This document shows positions 1 through 10,186 of a stretch of 64,000 nt of DNA, one piece after another (positions within the stretch are counted from its first letter, which is position 1; the number at the start of each line of letters is the position of its first letter). The notes under the pieces are model-generated. The model saw nothing but the letters and a program-made list of their open reading frames with translations, did not search any database and had not been told where the DNA came from. The DNA is from an uncultured Acidobacteriota bacterium (lineage in GTDB: Bacteria; Acidobacteriota; UBA6911; RPQK01; JAPXNP01). The DNA lies in contig CAVZRV010000008.1 in assembly GCA_963777605.1 (NCBI GenBank), positions 128,001 to 192,000 of the forward strand. Reading direction: 5' to 3'. A program made the position numbers and the translations under genes.

Positions 1-2957
1 AGAGGCTCAATCGGAGGCGGTTTCTGGGCGGTAGCGTGAGCGGTCTTGTGGCGGTGCGACTCTACGGAGGAATCGAGCCGAAGGGGCGGCCCGGAACGGA
101 CGGAACCGGGAACCTGGCCGAACTCCTGCAGAATTCCCCTCTGAATTGCCGGCCCATGACCCGATGGTGGTGGTATGGCGGTGCGGTCGAGGAAAAGGAG
201 ATCAGCCGGGAATTGGAATCGATGCGGGATGCTGGGATCGGCGGCGCCGAAATCCAGCCGGTCTACCCGCTCGCGGTCGATGATCCGGTTCGTGGCATTG
301 TCAACGTCCCGTTCTTTTCGGCTCGCTGGTACGATCTGCTCGGGTACGCCGTCAGGCGTGGCCACGAACTCGGACTGCGAGTAGAGTTGACGCTCGGCAG
401 CGGGTGGCCGTTTGGAGGGCCGTTCATTGAGCTCGGGGAGGCCGCGAGGAGGATCCGGATGGTCAGCCGTGAGGTCACGGGGCCCGGCAACCTGGTCTGG
501 GACCTTAACGAGGGCCTTGGCGAAGGGAGAGCGGGTGGAGCGCGTCGCCGGCACGACGGCTGGACCGGCCCGAACGGGAGGCCAGCCTCGATTCTTCTGT
601 CCGGAGATGATCTCAAAAAACTGGGGGGGCCCGGTCTTCCGGTGAATCAAGGGCAATGGCGGCTTTATGCAGCTGTCAACTCGCCGACTTACATGCAGGT
701 GAAGCGACCGACCCTGGAGATGGAGGGCTATGTCCTGGACCACTTCAGCAGGGAGCCGCTCGAATTCTTTCTCAAGGCTACCGGGCAGCGCACCCTGGAC
801 GAACTCGATGCGCGCGGCATTGCCCCCCCGGACGGCTTCTTCTGCGACAGCCTCGAAGTCTTCGGGGCCGATTGGACGGGCAGCTTACTCGACGAGTTCC
901 GGAAACGCCGCGGCTATGATCTCTCGGGTTTCCTGCACCTCCTGGTCGAAACGGCGGGCGGTATGGAGGGCCGGGTGCGCCACGACTACCACCTTACGCT
1001 TTCCGAGCTTACTCTCGAGAACTTCTTCCTGCCGCTCGCCGAGTGGTGCCGGTCGAGGAAGATTCCGTCGCGGGTTCAGGCCCACGGCGCTATGGGGGAC
1101 ATCCTGAGGGCCTACGGTAGTGTCGATGTGCCCGAAGGGGAGACGATTTTCGGCGGGGACGTGAACCGGGTCAATATCCGTCACCGGCGCCTGGCGTCCT
1201 CGGCTGCCCACCTTTACTCCAAGCCCCTGGTTTCGGCCGAAACCTACACCTGGCTCCGAACGCCGATTTTCATGGCCAACCTCGAGATGATGAAAGGTGC
1301 GACCGACGCCGCGTTTCTTGACGGGATCAACCAGATCGTCAATCACGGCTACTCCTACTCCCCTCCTTCGGCCGGCCGGCCCGGGTGGTCGTTTTATGCA
1401 TCGACCCACATCTCTCCGGCCAACACCTGGTGGCCTCACTATCATCACCTCTCGGAGTACGTCCGGCGCTGCGCGTCGCTGCTTCGCGAGGGAGAACCCG
1501 TAAACCGGGTCGGGATCTACGTCCCTCTGTCGGACATCTTCTCCTCGAGAGGGATTGGCGGATTCCACCTCGACGAGGCCATCGAGGAACGGCTCGGCCA
1601 GGAACTGGTGGGCGGTCTTCGTGCGGGTGGCTTCGACTTCGATTTTCTCAATGACGACTCGCTACAAAACCGTGCCCGGATCGAGTCGGCGCGGATCGTG
1701 ATCGGACAGGGCCGCTATGAGGCAATCGTCCTGCCGGAAGTCCAGTTCATTCCGGTGGAGACATTCCAGGTGTTGGCCGATTTCGTCCGGGCGGGCGGTC
1801 GCCTCATTTTCCTGAAACGGTGTCCAGACAAGGTACCGGGCATGTCCGAGGTGGAGGAAATACAGAGGGAACTGGATGCCCTGAGAGGAGCTATGGGGAT
1901 CGGAAACGCCATCTCGGGCAAGCACGGGTCCGGACGTTGGGCGATTGCAGACGGGATTCAGGGGATCGTCGGTGAACTGAATCAAGGCCTTGTTCCAGAT
2001 TTGGTTGTGCGGGACGATTCGGACCACGCTTCCGAGGTGCCGGCAAGCGCTGAAGTGGGATTCGTCCGGCGCCGCCTCGGCGAGACCGACCTCTTCTTCC
2101 TGTCCAATATCGGGGCCGGCGCAAAGGCGTTGACGGTTCAATGCGGGGTCGGTCACCGCAGGCCGGTCAGGCTCGACCCGATGACGCTCGCACGAAGCGA
2201 GGAACTGATCTACCGCTTCGGGACTGCTCCGAGCGGCGGTGAAACTACCGAGGTCGTCATCGACCTGGCGCCCTTCGAATCCTGTTTTATCGAGTTCTCT
2301 TCTGAGCGGCCGCCCTTGATCCAGTCGGGGCGGATTCCACGAACTCTATCGATTTCCGAAAGGGAGGGTCGTGTCGCCGTCCAGGGGTATCTGACCGAAC
2401 CGGTGGACTCCATGGTGACTTCGGCCGACGGTCGCGTCCATCGGATTCAGGGACAGGGAGGGCGCACGGTCCCGCTTCCGGGCCCCTGGACCCTGGACGT
2501 GGATGGTGTGTCGCCTCAGCAACTCGGGCAGTTGGTATCGTGGGCCGACATCCCGGCCCTCCACGGTTTCAGCGGGTGGGGGACCTACACGTCCGGGTTC
2601 AACCTCGAGAACCCCGCATCGGAGACGCGCTGGTTCATCGACCTCGGAGAAGTGTTCGACACGGCCGAAGTCGAGATCAACGGACGTCGAGTCGGGGACG
2701 CCTGGATGCGCCCGCGGGTCCTGGAGTGTACCGAGGCGCTCAATTCCGGCACAAACCGCATCCGGATTCGCGTCGCCAACGTCTGGATCCACCACGTTCT
2801 GGCGGCTCCCAAGCCGGACTATTCCAAACTCGAAGCCAGCTACGGCATCCGCTGGGGCCGATACGGAGAAGTTCCTCCCGAAAGCATCCCGCCGTCCGGA
2901 CTGCTGGGCCCGGTCCGGCTGGTCTCGGGAAGGGAATACCGCAAGCGGTTGACTTGA
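1..2957 (+). CDS. Tat-exported glycoside hydrolase, GH106-like (alpha-L-rhamnosidase family); 5' end lies upstream of the window
   Basis: RPMTRWWWYG, GIGGAEIQPVYP, LGSGWPFGGP, FFCDSLE, SAETYTW and PSGLLGPV motifs. The frame is open back to position 3 and reads RLNRRRFLGG (twin-arginine motif). Confidence 0.85.
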   Translation, partial: RLNRRRFLGGSVSGLVAVRLYGGIEPKGRPGTDGTGNLAELLQNSPLNCRPMTRWWWYGGAVEEKEISRELESMRDAGIGGAEIQPVYPLAVDDPVRGIVNVPFFSARWYDLLGYAVRRGHELGLRVELTLGSGWPFGGPFIELGEAARRIRMVSREVTGPGNLVWDLNEGLGEGRAGGARRRHDGWTGPNGRPASILLSGDDLKKLGGPGLPVNQGQWRLYAAVNSPTYMQVKRPTLEMEGYVLDHFSREPLEFFLKATGQRTLDELDARGIAPPDGFFCDSLEVFGADWTGSLLDEFRKRRGYDLSGFLHLLVETAGGMEGRVRHDYHLTLSELTLENFFLPLAEWCRSRKIPSRVQAHGAMGDILRAYGSVDVPEGETIFGGDVNRVNIRHRRLASSAAHLYSKPLVSAETYTWLRTPIFMANLEMMKGATDAAFLDGINQIVNHGYSYSPPSAGRPGWSFYASTHISPANTWWPHYHHLSEYVRRCASLLREGEPVNRVGIYVPLSDIFSSRGIGGFHLDEAIEERLGQELVGGLRAGGFDFDFLNDDSLQNRARIESARIVIGQGRYEAIVLPEVQFIPVETFQVLADFVRAGGRLIFLKRCPDKVPGMSEVEEIQRELDALRGAMGIGNAISGKHGSGRWAIADGIQGIVGELNQGLVPDLVVRDDSDHASEVPASAEVGFVRRRLGETDLFFLSNIGAGAKALTVQCGVGHRRPVRLDPMTLARSEELIYRFGTAPSGGETTEVVIDLAPFESCFIEFSSERPPLIQSGRIPRTLSISEREGRVAVQGYLTEPVDSMVTSADGRVHRIQGQGGRTVPLPGPWTLDVDGVSPQQLGQLVSWADIPALHGFSGWGTYTSGFNLENPASETRWFIDLGEVFDTAEVEINGRRVGDAWMRPRVLECTEALNSGTNRIRIRVANVWIHHVLAAPKPDYSKLEASYGIRWGRYGEVPPESIPPSGLLGPVRLVSGREYRKRLT

Positions 2958-3335
2958 AACTTCAATCGAGATGAGTTCCTGGTTCCTGGTTTCTCGTTTC
3001 TGGAGGGAAAGTAATCCAGGCATCCCTGCCTGATACGGCGGCCGGGCAGCTTGCCCGGCGGAAGTGAACCTTCTCAATCCAGGATTCTTGATTTCCGGGT
3101 TCTTCTGAAACCGTCCACCACCGGGACTGAATCGCACTTTCAGTGCTGCATTGCCGTCTTGGCTCCGATTCCCGGGGCGTTGCCGCCGGGCTGGAAATGA
3201 CCCTGCGCCGTTGGCGCGCTCATCTGGCGATGCTTCACCAGTTTCACTCTTTGAATGGCCCGGCGCCGCCGGGGGCCCGGCTGACTCACACACGCGATCG
3301 AATGGAAGGGCAGTTTCACTCCTTTAAATAGTCCA
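2950..3335 (+). repeat. Modular intergenic repeat, locus A (long unit 2950-3286 plus short degenerate unit to ~3335)
   Basis: Highly similar over ~330 bp to 55703-56016. Starts TGACTTGAAACTTCA; junction CCAGTTTCACTCTTTGAATGGCCCGGCGCCGCCGGGGGCCCGGCTGAC at 3238-3285; internal palindromes such as GCCGGGCAGCTTGCCCGGC. Confidence 0.9.
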
Positions 3336-3445
3336 GTGGCCACCAAGACCGTGGGTTGGGTTCCGGCTTAGGGCCCCGAATTTGGAATTGACTCTTGGTG
3401 AACCAGAGTTGAGACTGGTTGTTTGGGGGGAGATGGGAAATTGTC

Positions 3446-6400
3446 ATGCTCCAATCCGTTCGATCGACCCTGCTACGGATCTCCTTGAGTCTGACCCTCT
3501 CCGCAATCGCGACCGGGACGGTTACTGCCGCAATCCCAGCCACTGAACGAGCTGCTTTGCTGGCGTTCTACGAGGCCACCGGTGGAGGAACGGCCTGGAA
3601 AGGGGACGGCTGGGGAGGGTCCTCCGGAACCGAAGGGAGTTGGGAAGGGGTCACCGTTGCGGGAGACCACGTCGTCGCAATCGTTCTCGTGGCGAGGGGA
3701 CTGGACGGGCCGCTGCCTCCCGAAATCGGCGTTCTGACCGCGCTGCGGCTGCTCGACCTGACCGGTTGGGAGTGGGAGGCGTATGATCATAACGTCATCC
3801 GGGAGATTCCGGACGAAATCGGCTTGCTCAAGAACCTGGAGGTACTCAATCTGAGCGGCGTCGAGTTGCAGGAACTGCCGGAGTCTGTCGGCCAGCTCGA
3901 GAACCTCCAGGCACTTGCTCTCGGGCAGAACCCGCTGAGCTCACTTCCAGAGTCTCTGGGCTTGCTGGGAAATCTCGTCTCACTGGACCTGTACTACTGT
4001 CAACTCACGGCTCTACCCGAATCGACGGGCCTCCTGAAGAATCTTGTCGGTCTCAATCTTAAGGGCAACTCACTTTTGTCACTTCCGGATTCTTTGGGGG
4101 GACTGGTATCGCTCCAGGAGTTGGACCTCGGGGGCAATTCACTGACGGCTCTTCCGGATTCTTTCGGCGAATTGGCATCGCTTGAGGTGCTGGACCTGGG
4201 GGGCAACAAATCACTTCGGGGATTTCCCTCCACTCTCGCTAATCTCCAGAAACTCAGGATCCTGGGGGCGATCGGAATGGGGCTGACGAGTCTTCCAACT
4301 GCGTTTTTGAGCCTGACTACGCTCGAGGAACTCCGTCTGAACGCCAACCCGCTTGGGACACTGCCGCCGTCTATTGCCAATTTGAGAAATCTCGTGACGC
4401 TGGACTTGACCGGATGCGAACTGGAATCACTCCCGCCCGAGATCGGTGATTTGAGCGATCTCGAAGTCTTGGGACTTTCCAATTCAACCTTGGAGTCGCT
4501 GCCGCCTGAAATTACCCGACTCCAGAAACTGCACGAGCTCGAGCTGTCGGAGAGTTCCATCCGCACACTACCAGTCGGCATGGGACAAATGAGCGCGCTG
4601 GAGAACCTCTTCCTGAACGGAAGCCAGTTCTCCGAATTTCCTTCGGATGTGGGCGACTGGTCTCAAATCCAAAAAATCACCGCACGAAGCACTCAGCTTC
4701 GCGGCACGATCCCTTCCGATCTTGGGAATGCTGCCTCCCTCGAGAACCTCGATCTCTCAGACAACCAGTTGGAAGGGGCGATTCCTTCTGAACTGGGTAA
4801 TTTGCCCAATCTCGTGTACCTAAGACTGACATCCAATCAGCTGACCGGATCCATCCCGCCGGAACTGGGCGAGATCCAGACTCTTCGTTCTTTGTCCCTG
4901 GCGGGGAACCAACTTGCCGGCCCACTGCCTGAGTCGGTGGCCGGTCATCCAGGCCTGACCAGTCTGTATCTTAGTGATAATCTCCTGAGCGGTCCGCTTC
5001 CGAAGTCGCTCGCCGCTGGAAACCTCCGTTCTATCGACCTTTCCTATAATCTGTTTTCGGGGCCGATTCCTGCCGAACTGGGAGAATCCCGGGCCACGTC
5101 GATCGATTTGAGCCACAACCTCCTGAGCGGTTCGATTCCTCCGGAACTGGGAAATCTGGATCTCAGCACTCTTGATTTGAGTCAGAATCAATTGAGTGGA
5201 TCTTTCCCGCCGCAATTATGGAACCTCCGCGTCAAGCAGAGGCTGGACCTCTCCGGCAATCTCCTGTCCGGAGATGTTCCAATCTGGGGGGAAGCGGGGC
5301 CCTTCGATCCGTACCGGTTCGACATGCGCTACAACCTCTTGACCGCAACTGACCCCGACGTCCGCTGGTTTCTCGAAGGCCTCATGAACAATGAGTTCGC
5401 CGATACCCAGACCCTTCCTCCTCAAGGGCTGATCCCGGTCGAAATCTCGGGAACCTGGGCCGATCTGCGCTGGGCCGTGACGCGGTACCGTTCCGATCCG
5501 GGACGTTATGAACTCGCCGTATCCCCAGAACCGGAAGAACCGGGGGAGGTTCGCGCGGAGACGCTGAGCAAAGAGGAGACTGCCGCCGATGTTCGCGGGC
5601 TGGCTCTGGACACCGACTACTTCGTCCGGGTCCGTACCGTGACCGATCCCCATGAAGGGAATCCGAACCGCGCCCGGAGTTCCTGGAGCGAACCCGTCGC
5701 CTTGAGAACTCTCACTGAGGCGACTCAGATCTTCCCGCTCTTCATCTCGAGTCCATCCCGGTTTACGGGGCTGGCACTCTCGAACCAGGGAGGCCGGACA
5801 GCTGTATTGACCTTCTCCGCCCTCGGTGAAGACGGCCTCCCGATTCCAGCGCTTCACAATCCAATTCAGATCGAACTGCCGTTGGGCCGGCAACTGGCGT
5901 TGCTTGGGAAAGAACTGTTCCAGCCTCAAGGCGGCGAGATTGACGGGTGGGTCGAACTGCAGTCAAGCGATGCCGAGGTCGGGGGCCTGTTTCTCGCAGG
6001 CGGAGTGGGGCTGCTGGATGGGCTGCCCGCGGTCGTCTACCCGGCCCGCCGACTGTTTTGGCCCGGCTTTGTTCCGGCCTCTGATTTGGGTGCGGAGCAA
6101 AAGAATGAGGCCCGAATCGTCAATCCGGGCATGGAAGCGGTCGAAGTCAACCTTCAGCTCGTCGGTTCGAAGTTCGGGTCAACCGATATCGAGTCTCTCA
6201 CCAGTACACAGGTCATTCCTCCACAGGGAGTGCTGTCCGCGACGGCCTCCGATCTCTTCGGAAACGATTTTGACCTCGACCAAGGTTACCTGGTGGCTGA
6301 GGTTCAGGGGGACGGCCGGATTGCCGGGATGGGCTGGAGCGAGTACGGAGCAGGGCGCTCTCTTGCCGCCTATCCCGCCCAGGAGACTACATCGGCGACG

Positions 6401-7039
6401 CGCCTCTACTCCGCCCAATTGGCGGCCACGCCGGACTTGGAGAGCCTGCTTGCTTTCGTAAACACCTCGGATGAACCCCGAGTGCTGAGCCTGAATTTCG
6501 TGAACGGCGACGGGACGATCGGTGCTACGGCAACGGTTGAGCTGCTCAGCCATCAGGCGGTCCAGAGGAGTGCGCAAGAGTGGTTTATCTGGCACGAACC
6601 CAACCAGGTTGGGTCTCTGAGAGTCGATTGCAGCGGTTGGGGAGTTCTTGGACAGATAATCTTCCGGGAGAGAAGTCGCGCCGATTATGCGGCGGCGGTT
6701 CCACTCCTGACGGCGGGAGACTCATCGATCGTCTTCAACCAGGTGGCTGAAGACGGAGACCTCTTCACCGGCCTTGCGCTCTTCAACCCGGGCGACGAGC
6801 CGGCGAGTGTCCGCGTGGAAGTGTTCTCCGCCGCAGGGACGCGGGTCGGAGAGCGAACCCTGGACCTGGCCGCCGGCAGTCGTCTGGCTGAGCTGTTGAA
6901 TCAGCTCGTTCCCGAATCCGCCGGGCAAATTCAAGGATACATTCGAGTCACGTCCAGCACCCCGATCATCGCCCAGCAACTATTTGGAGATTACCGGCAG
7001 ACCTACCTCGCGGCTGTCCCGCCGGTGCAGGGGCGCTGA
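3446..7039 (+). CDS. Secreted leucine-rich repeat protein (LRR cap, two LRR classes, FN3-like domain, C-terminal beta-rich repeats)
   Basis: Signal peptide; ERAALLAFYEATGG cap; LPESxGxLxNLxxLxL repeats followed by LxGxIPxELGNL repeats; DTDYFVRVRT (FN3-like); recurring FTGLAL(S/F)N. ATG at 3446 preferred to TTG at 3419. Confidence 0.85.
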   Translation: MLQSVRSTLLRISLSLTLSAIATGTVTAAIPATERAALLAFYEATGGGTAWKGDGWGGSSGTEGSWEGVTVAGDHVVAIVLVARGLDGPLPPEIGVLTALRLLDLTGWEWEAYDHNVIREIPDEIGLLKNLEVLNLSGVELQELPESVGQLENLQALALGQNPLSSLPESLGLLGNLVSLDLYYCQLTALPESTGLLKNLVGLNLKGNSLLSLPDSLGGLVSLQELDLGGNSLTALPDSFGELASLEVLDLGGNKSLRGFPSTLANLQKLRILGAIGMGLTSLPTAFLSLTTLEELRLNANPLGTLPPSIANLRNLVTLDLTGCELESLPPEIGDLSDLEVLGLSNSTLESLPPEITRLQKLHELELSESSIRTLPVGMGQMSALENLFLNGSQFSEFPSDVGDWSQIQKITARSTQLRGTIPSDLGNAASLENLDLSDNQLEGAIPSELGNLPNLVYLRLTSNQLTGSIPPELGEIQTLRSLSLAGNQLAGPLPESVAGHPGLTSLYLSDNLLSGPLPKSLAAGNLRSIDLSYNLFSGPIPAELGESRATSIDLSHNLLSGSIPPELGNLDLSTLDLSQNQLSGSFPPQLWNLRVKQRLDLSGNLLSGDVPIWGEAGPFDPYRFDMRYNLLTATDPDVRWFLEGLMNNEFADTQTLPPQGLIPVEISGTWADLRWAVTRYRSDPGRYELAVSPEPEEPGEVRAETLSKEETAADVRGLALDTDYFVRVRTVTDPHEGNPNRARSSWSEPVALRTLTEATQIFPLFISSPSRFTGLALSNQGGRTAVLTFSALGEDGLPIPALHNPIQIELPLGRQLALLGKELFQPQGGEIDGWVELQSSDAEVGGLFLAGGVGLLDGLPAVVYPARRLFWPGFVPASDLGAEQKNEARIVNPGMEAVEVNLQLVGSKFGSTDIESLTSTQVIPPQGVLSATASDLFGNDFDLDQGYLVAEVQGDGRIAGMGWSEYGAGRSLAAYPAQETTSATRLYSAQLAATPDLESLLAFVNTSDEPRVLSLNFVNGDGTIGATATVELLSHQAVQRSAQEWFIWHEPNQVGSLRVDCSGWGVLGQIIFRERSRADYAAAVPLLTAGDSSIVFNQVAEDGDLFTGLALFNPGDEPASVRVEVFSAAGTRVGERTLDLAAGSRLAELLNQLVPESAGQIQGYIRVTSSTPIIAQQLFGDYRQTYLAAVPPVQGR

Positions 7040-7221
7040 CCTGGAGGACCGTAGACCGATTCGTGGAATCAGTGTACCCTCGCCGTCGGAGGATGGATAA
7101 TGCAAACAGGAGATGCTGGAACAGTACCCGGCGGGTAACCTCAGCGAAGTGGCCCGCGAAGCCCTGTCTGTGCTCAAGTAGAAGTCGCGCCCAAGCGGTA
7201 GCGCTCGGTATCCCGAGAATT

Positions 7222-8163
7222 TCAGGCTTCCTGCCATTGACTGATGATGTAGTTCCGGGCCCGTTTCAGTGCGGATTCAGGATCATCGGTGGCTCCGGAT
7301 TCGATGGTCAGCCAACCGTCGTAGCCGTGATCCTTGAGAGCGCGAAAGCCGGGACGATAATCGAAGGGGAGCGATCCCGGTTCGGTGCGGGCTTCACCGT
7401 CCGCCATGTGGACGTACCGGGTCTGTTGACCCCAGCGTTCCAGGGTCCGGGCGATGTTCCCCTCTTCCATCTGCATGTGATAGAAGTCGCTCAGCAGGCC
7501 GAAATTCCCTCCGCCGACCTCCTCGATGATCCGGCTTCCGTGGCCCTGGAGGTTCATGAAGTGGGTCTCTTTCCGCGTCAGGGGCTCGAGCAGCAGGGTA
7601 ACTCCGGTCCGCTCCGTGTCGGAGACCAGTTGCTTCAGTCCCTCCACGAGCAACTGGTCCTCCTTCTCCTTGCACGCGGCCTCCGGTTCGAGACCAAGTT
7701 GGCAGGGGCCGAAAATCGGGACTTCGACCACTCCTGAGGCCCCCAATTCGGCTGCTATCCGGAGGCGATCGCGATCGAGCTTGACCCCGTCGGCTCGGAC
7801 CTTCGGGTCGGGATTCAGGAGCTTGAGCGAACCTACAATCGCGCTGACTCGAATTCCCGAGCCCTTGAGCCGGGAGCGAATGCCGTCAACACCCATTCCC
7901 AGGTACTCGGGCCCGAGCTCGATTCCCTGGAAACCGAGGCGAGCCAGGAGTTCGGCGCGTTCACTAAGGTCCTTCATCGGAAAGGGCCCCCGCACCCCCA
8001 TCGGGGGAACGTCCTCCGTGCGGCCACTCTCCCCAAAGGTCAGGCCGGAAGCAAGGGAAACGACGGCGGCACCGGAAAGTCCGGCAATGAACTTCCGCCG
8101 GGACACGGGTGAAAGGGAAGTTCGATGTTCGACGCCCGGTTGGATGCGATGCGGAGGAGCCAT
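7222..8163 (-). CDS. Tat-exported sugar phosphate isomerase/epimerase (xylose-isomerase-like TIM barrel)
   Basis: SRRKFI Tat motif; GFQGIEL, LLLEPL, DFYHMQMEE, YVHMAD, GYDGWLTIE motifs. Confidence 0.85.
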   Translation of the reverse strand: MAPPHRIQPGVEHRTSLSPVSRRKFIAGLSGAAVVSLASGLTFGESGRTEDVPPMGVRGPFPMKDLSERAELLARLGFQGIELGPEYLGMGVDGIRSRLKGSGIRVSAIVGSLKLLNPDPKVRADGVKLDRDRLRIAAELGASGVVEVPIFGPCQLGLEPEAACKEKEDQLLVEGLKQLVSDTERTGVTLLLEPLTRKETHFMNLQGHGSRIIEEVGGGNFGLLSDFYHMQMEEGNIARTLERWGQQTRYVHMADGEARTEPGSLPFDYRPGFRALKDHGYDGWLTIESGATDDPESALKRARNYIISQWQEA

Positions 8164-8194
8164 AGAGGAATCGTAACTCAAGCCCGGGAAAGAG

Positions 8195-8411
8195 GGTAGT
8201 CCAGGGTCCAGGTTAATCCAGGCTTTCAAGCTTGGCGAGTCGGGGCTGCAGAGTAGTCCAGGCTGCCAGCCTGACAGGTCCGCCGGGCTGCCAGCACGGC
8301 GGGGGGAGTGGGAGGGGTTTTGCCGGGCAGGCTGCCCGGCGGACATTCCTGGCAAGGATGCCAGGATTACACTCACTTGGCCGACGTTCCTGGCAGGGCC
8401 TGCCAGGATAC
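8195..8411. repeat. Cluster of REP-like palindromes
   Basis: GTAGTCCAGGCTGCCAGCCTG, GCCGGGCAGGCTGCCCGGCGGA, CCTGGCAAGGATGCCAGGATTAC and CCTGGCAGGGCCTGCCAGGATAC; same family as the palindromes at 3011-3062 and 55763-55815. Confidence 0.75.
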
Positions 8412-8420
8412 TTTGGACAC

Positions 8421-8451
8421 AAAAAAAGCGGAACCAGAAGGTTCCGCTTTT
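8421..8451 (-). terminator. Rho-independent terminator downstream of the 16S rRNA gene
   Basis: Minus strand reads AAAAGCGGAACC-TTCT-GGTTCCGC-TTTTTTT. Confidence 0.85.
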
Positions 8452-8524
8452 GATTTGGCGTCGAGATCTTTGACAACCGGACGAGAAGGCGACAACGCGA
8501 GGGGAGTAGATTTTATCGCACCTG

Positions 8525-10036
<1,512 letters not shown>

Positions 10037-10150
10037 ATTGCTTAAGTAGTTAGTCCTACTCCCGGTTCTCGCGCTGTTTTCCGCCTGTCTCGTTCCGGTT
10101 GTCAAAGATCTCGCGCGGAGACGGTTTGTTTTCGTACCGCGCAAACTTTC

Positions 10151-10179
10151 ATTCTAAACTAAAAGATCTGACACTGCAA
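10151..10179 (-). promoter_or_regulatory. Sigma70-type rRNA promoter
   Basis: TTGCAG (10179-10174), 17-bp spacer, TAGAAT (10156-10151); boxA-like GATCTTTGACAAC in the leader. Confidence 0.75.
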
Positions 10180-10186
10180 GACCGAA

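Noticed and set aside
2346-3346. ORFs spanning the repeat loci (also 55715-56182 and 13046-13791) as a transposase
   Set aside because: No HUH/Y1, DDE or recombinase motifs, and frames are not preserved between repeat copies.
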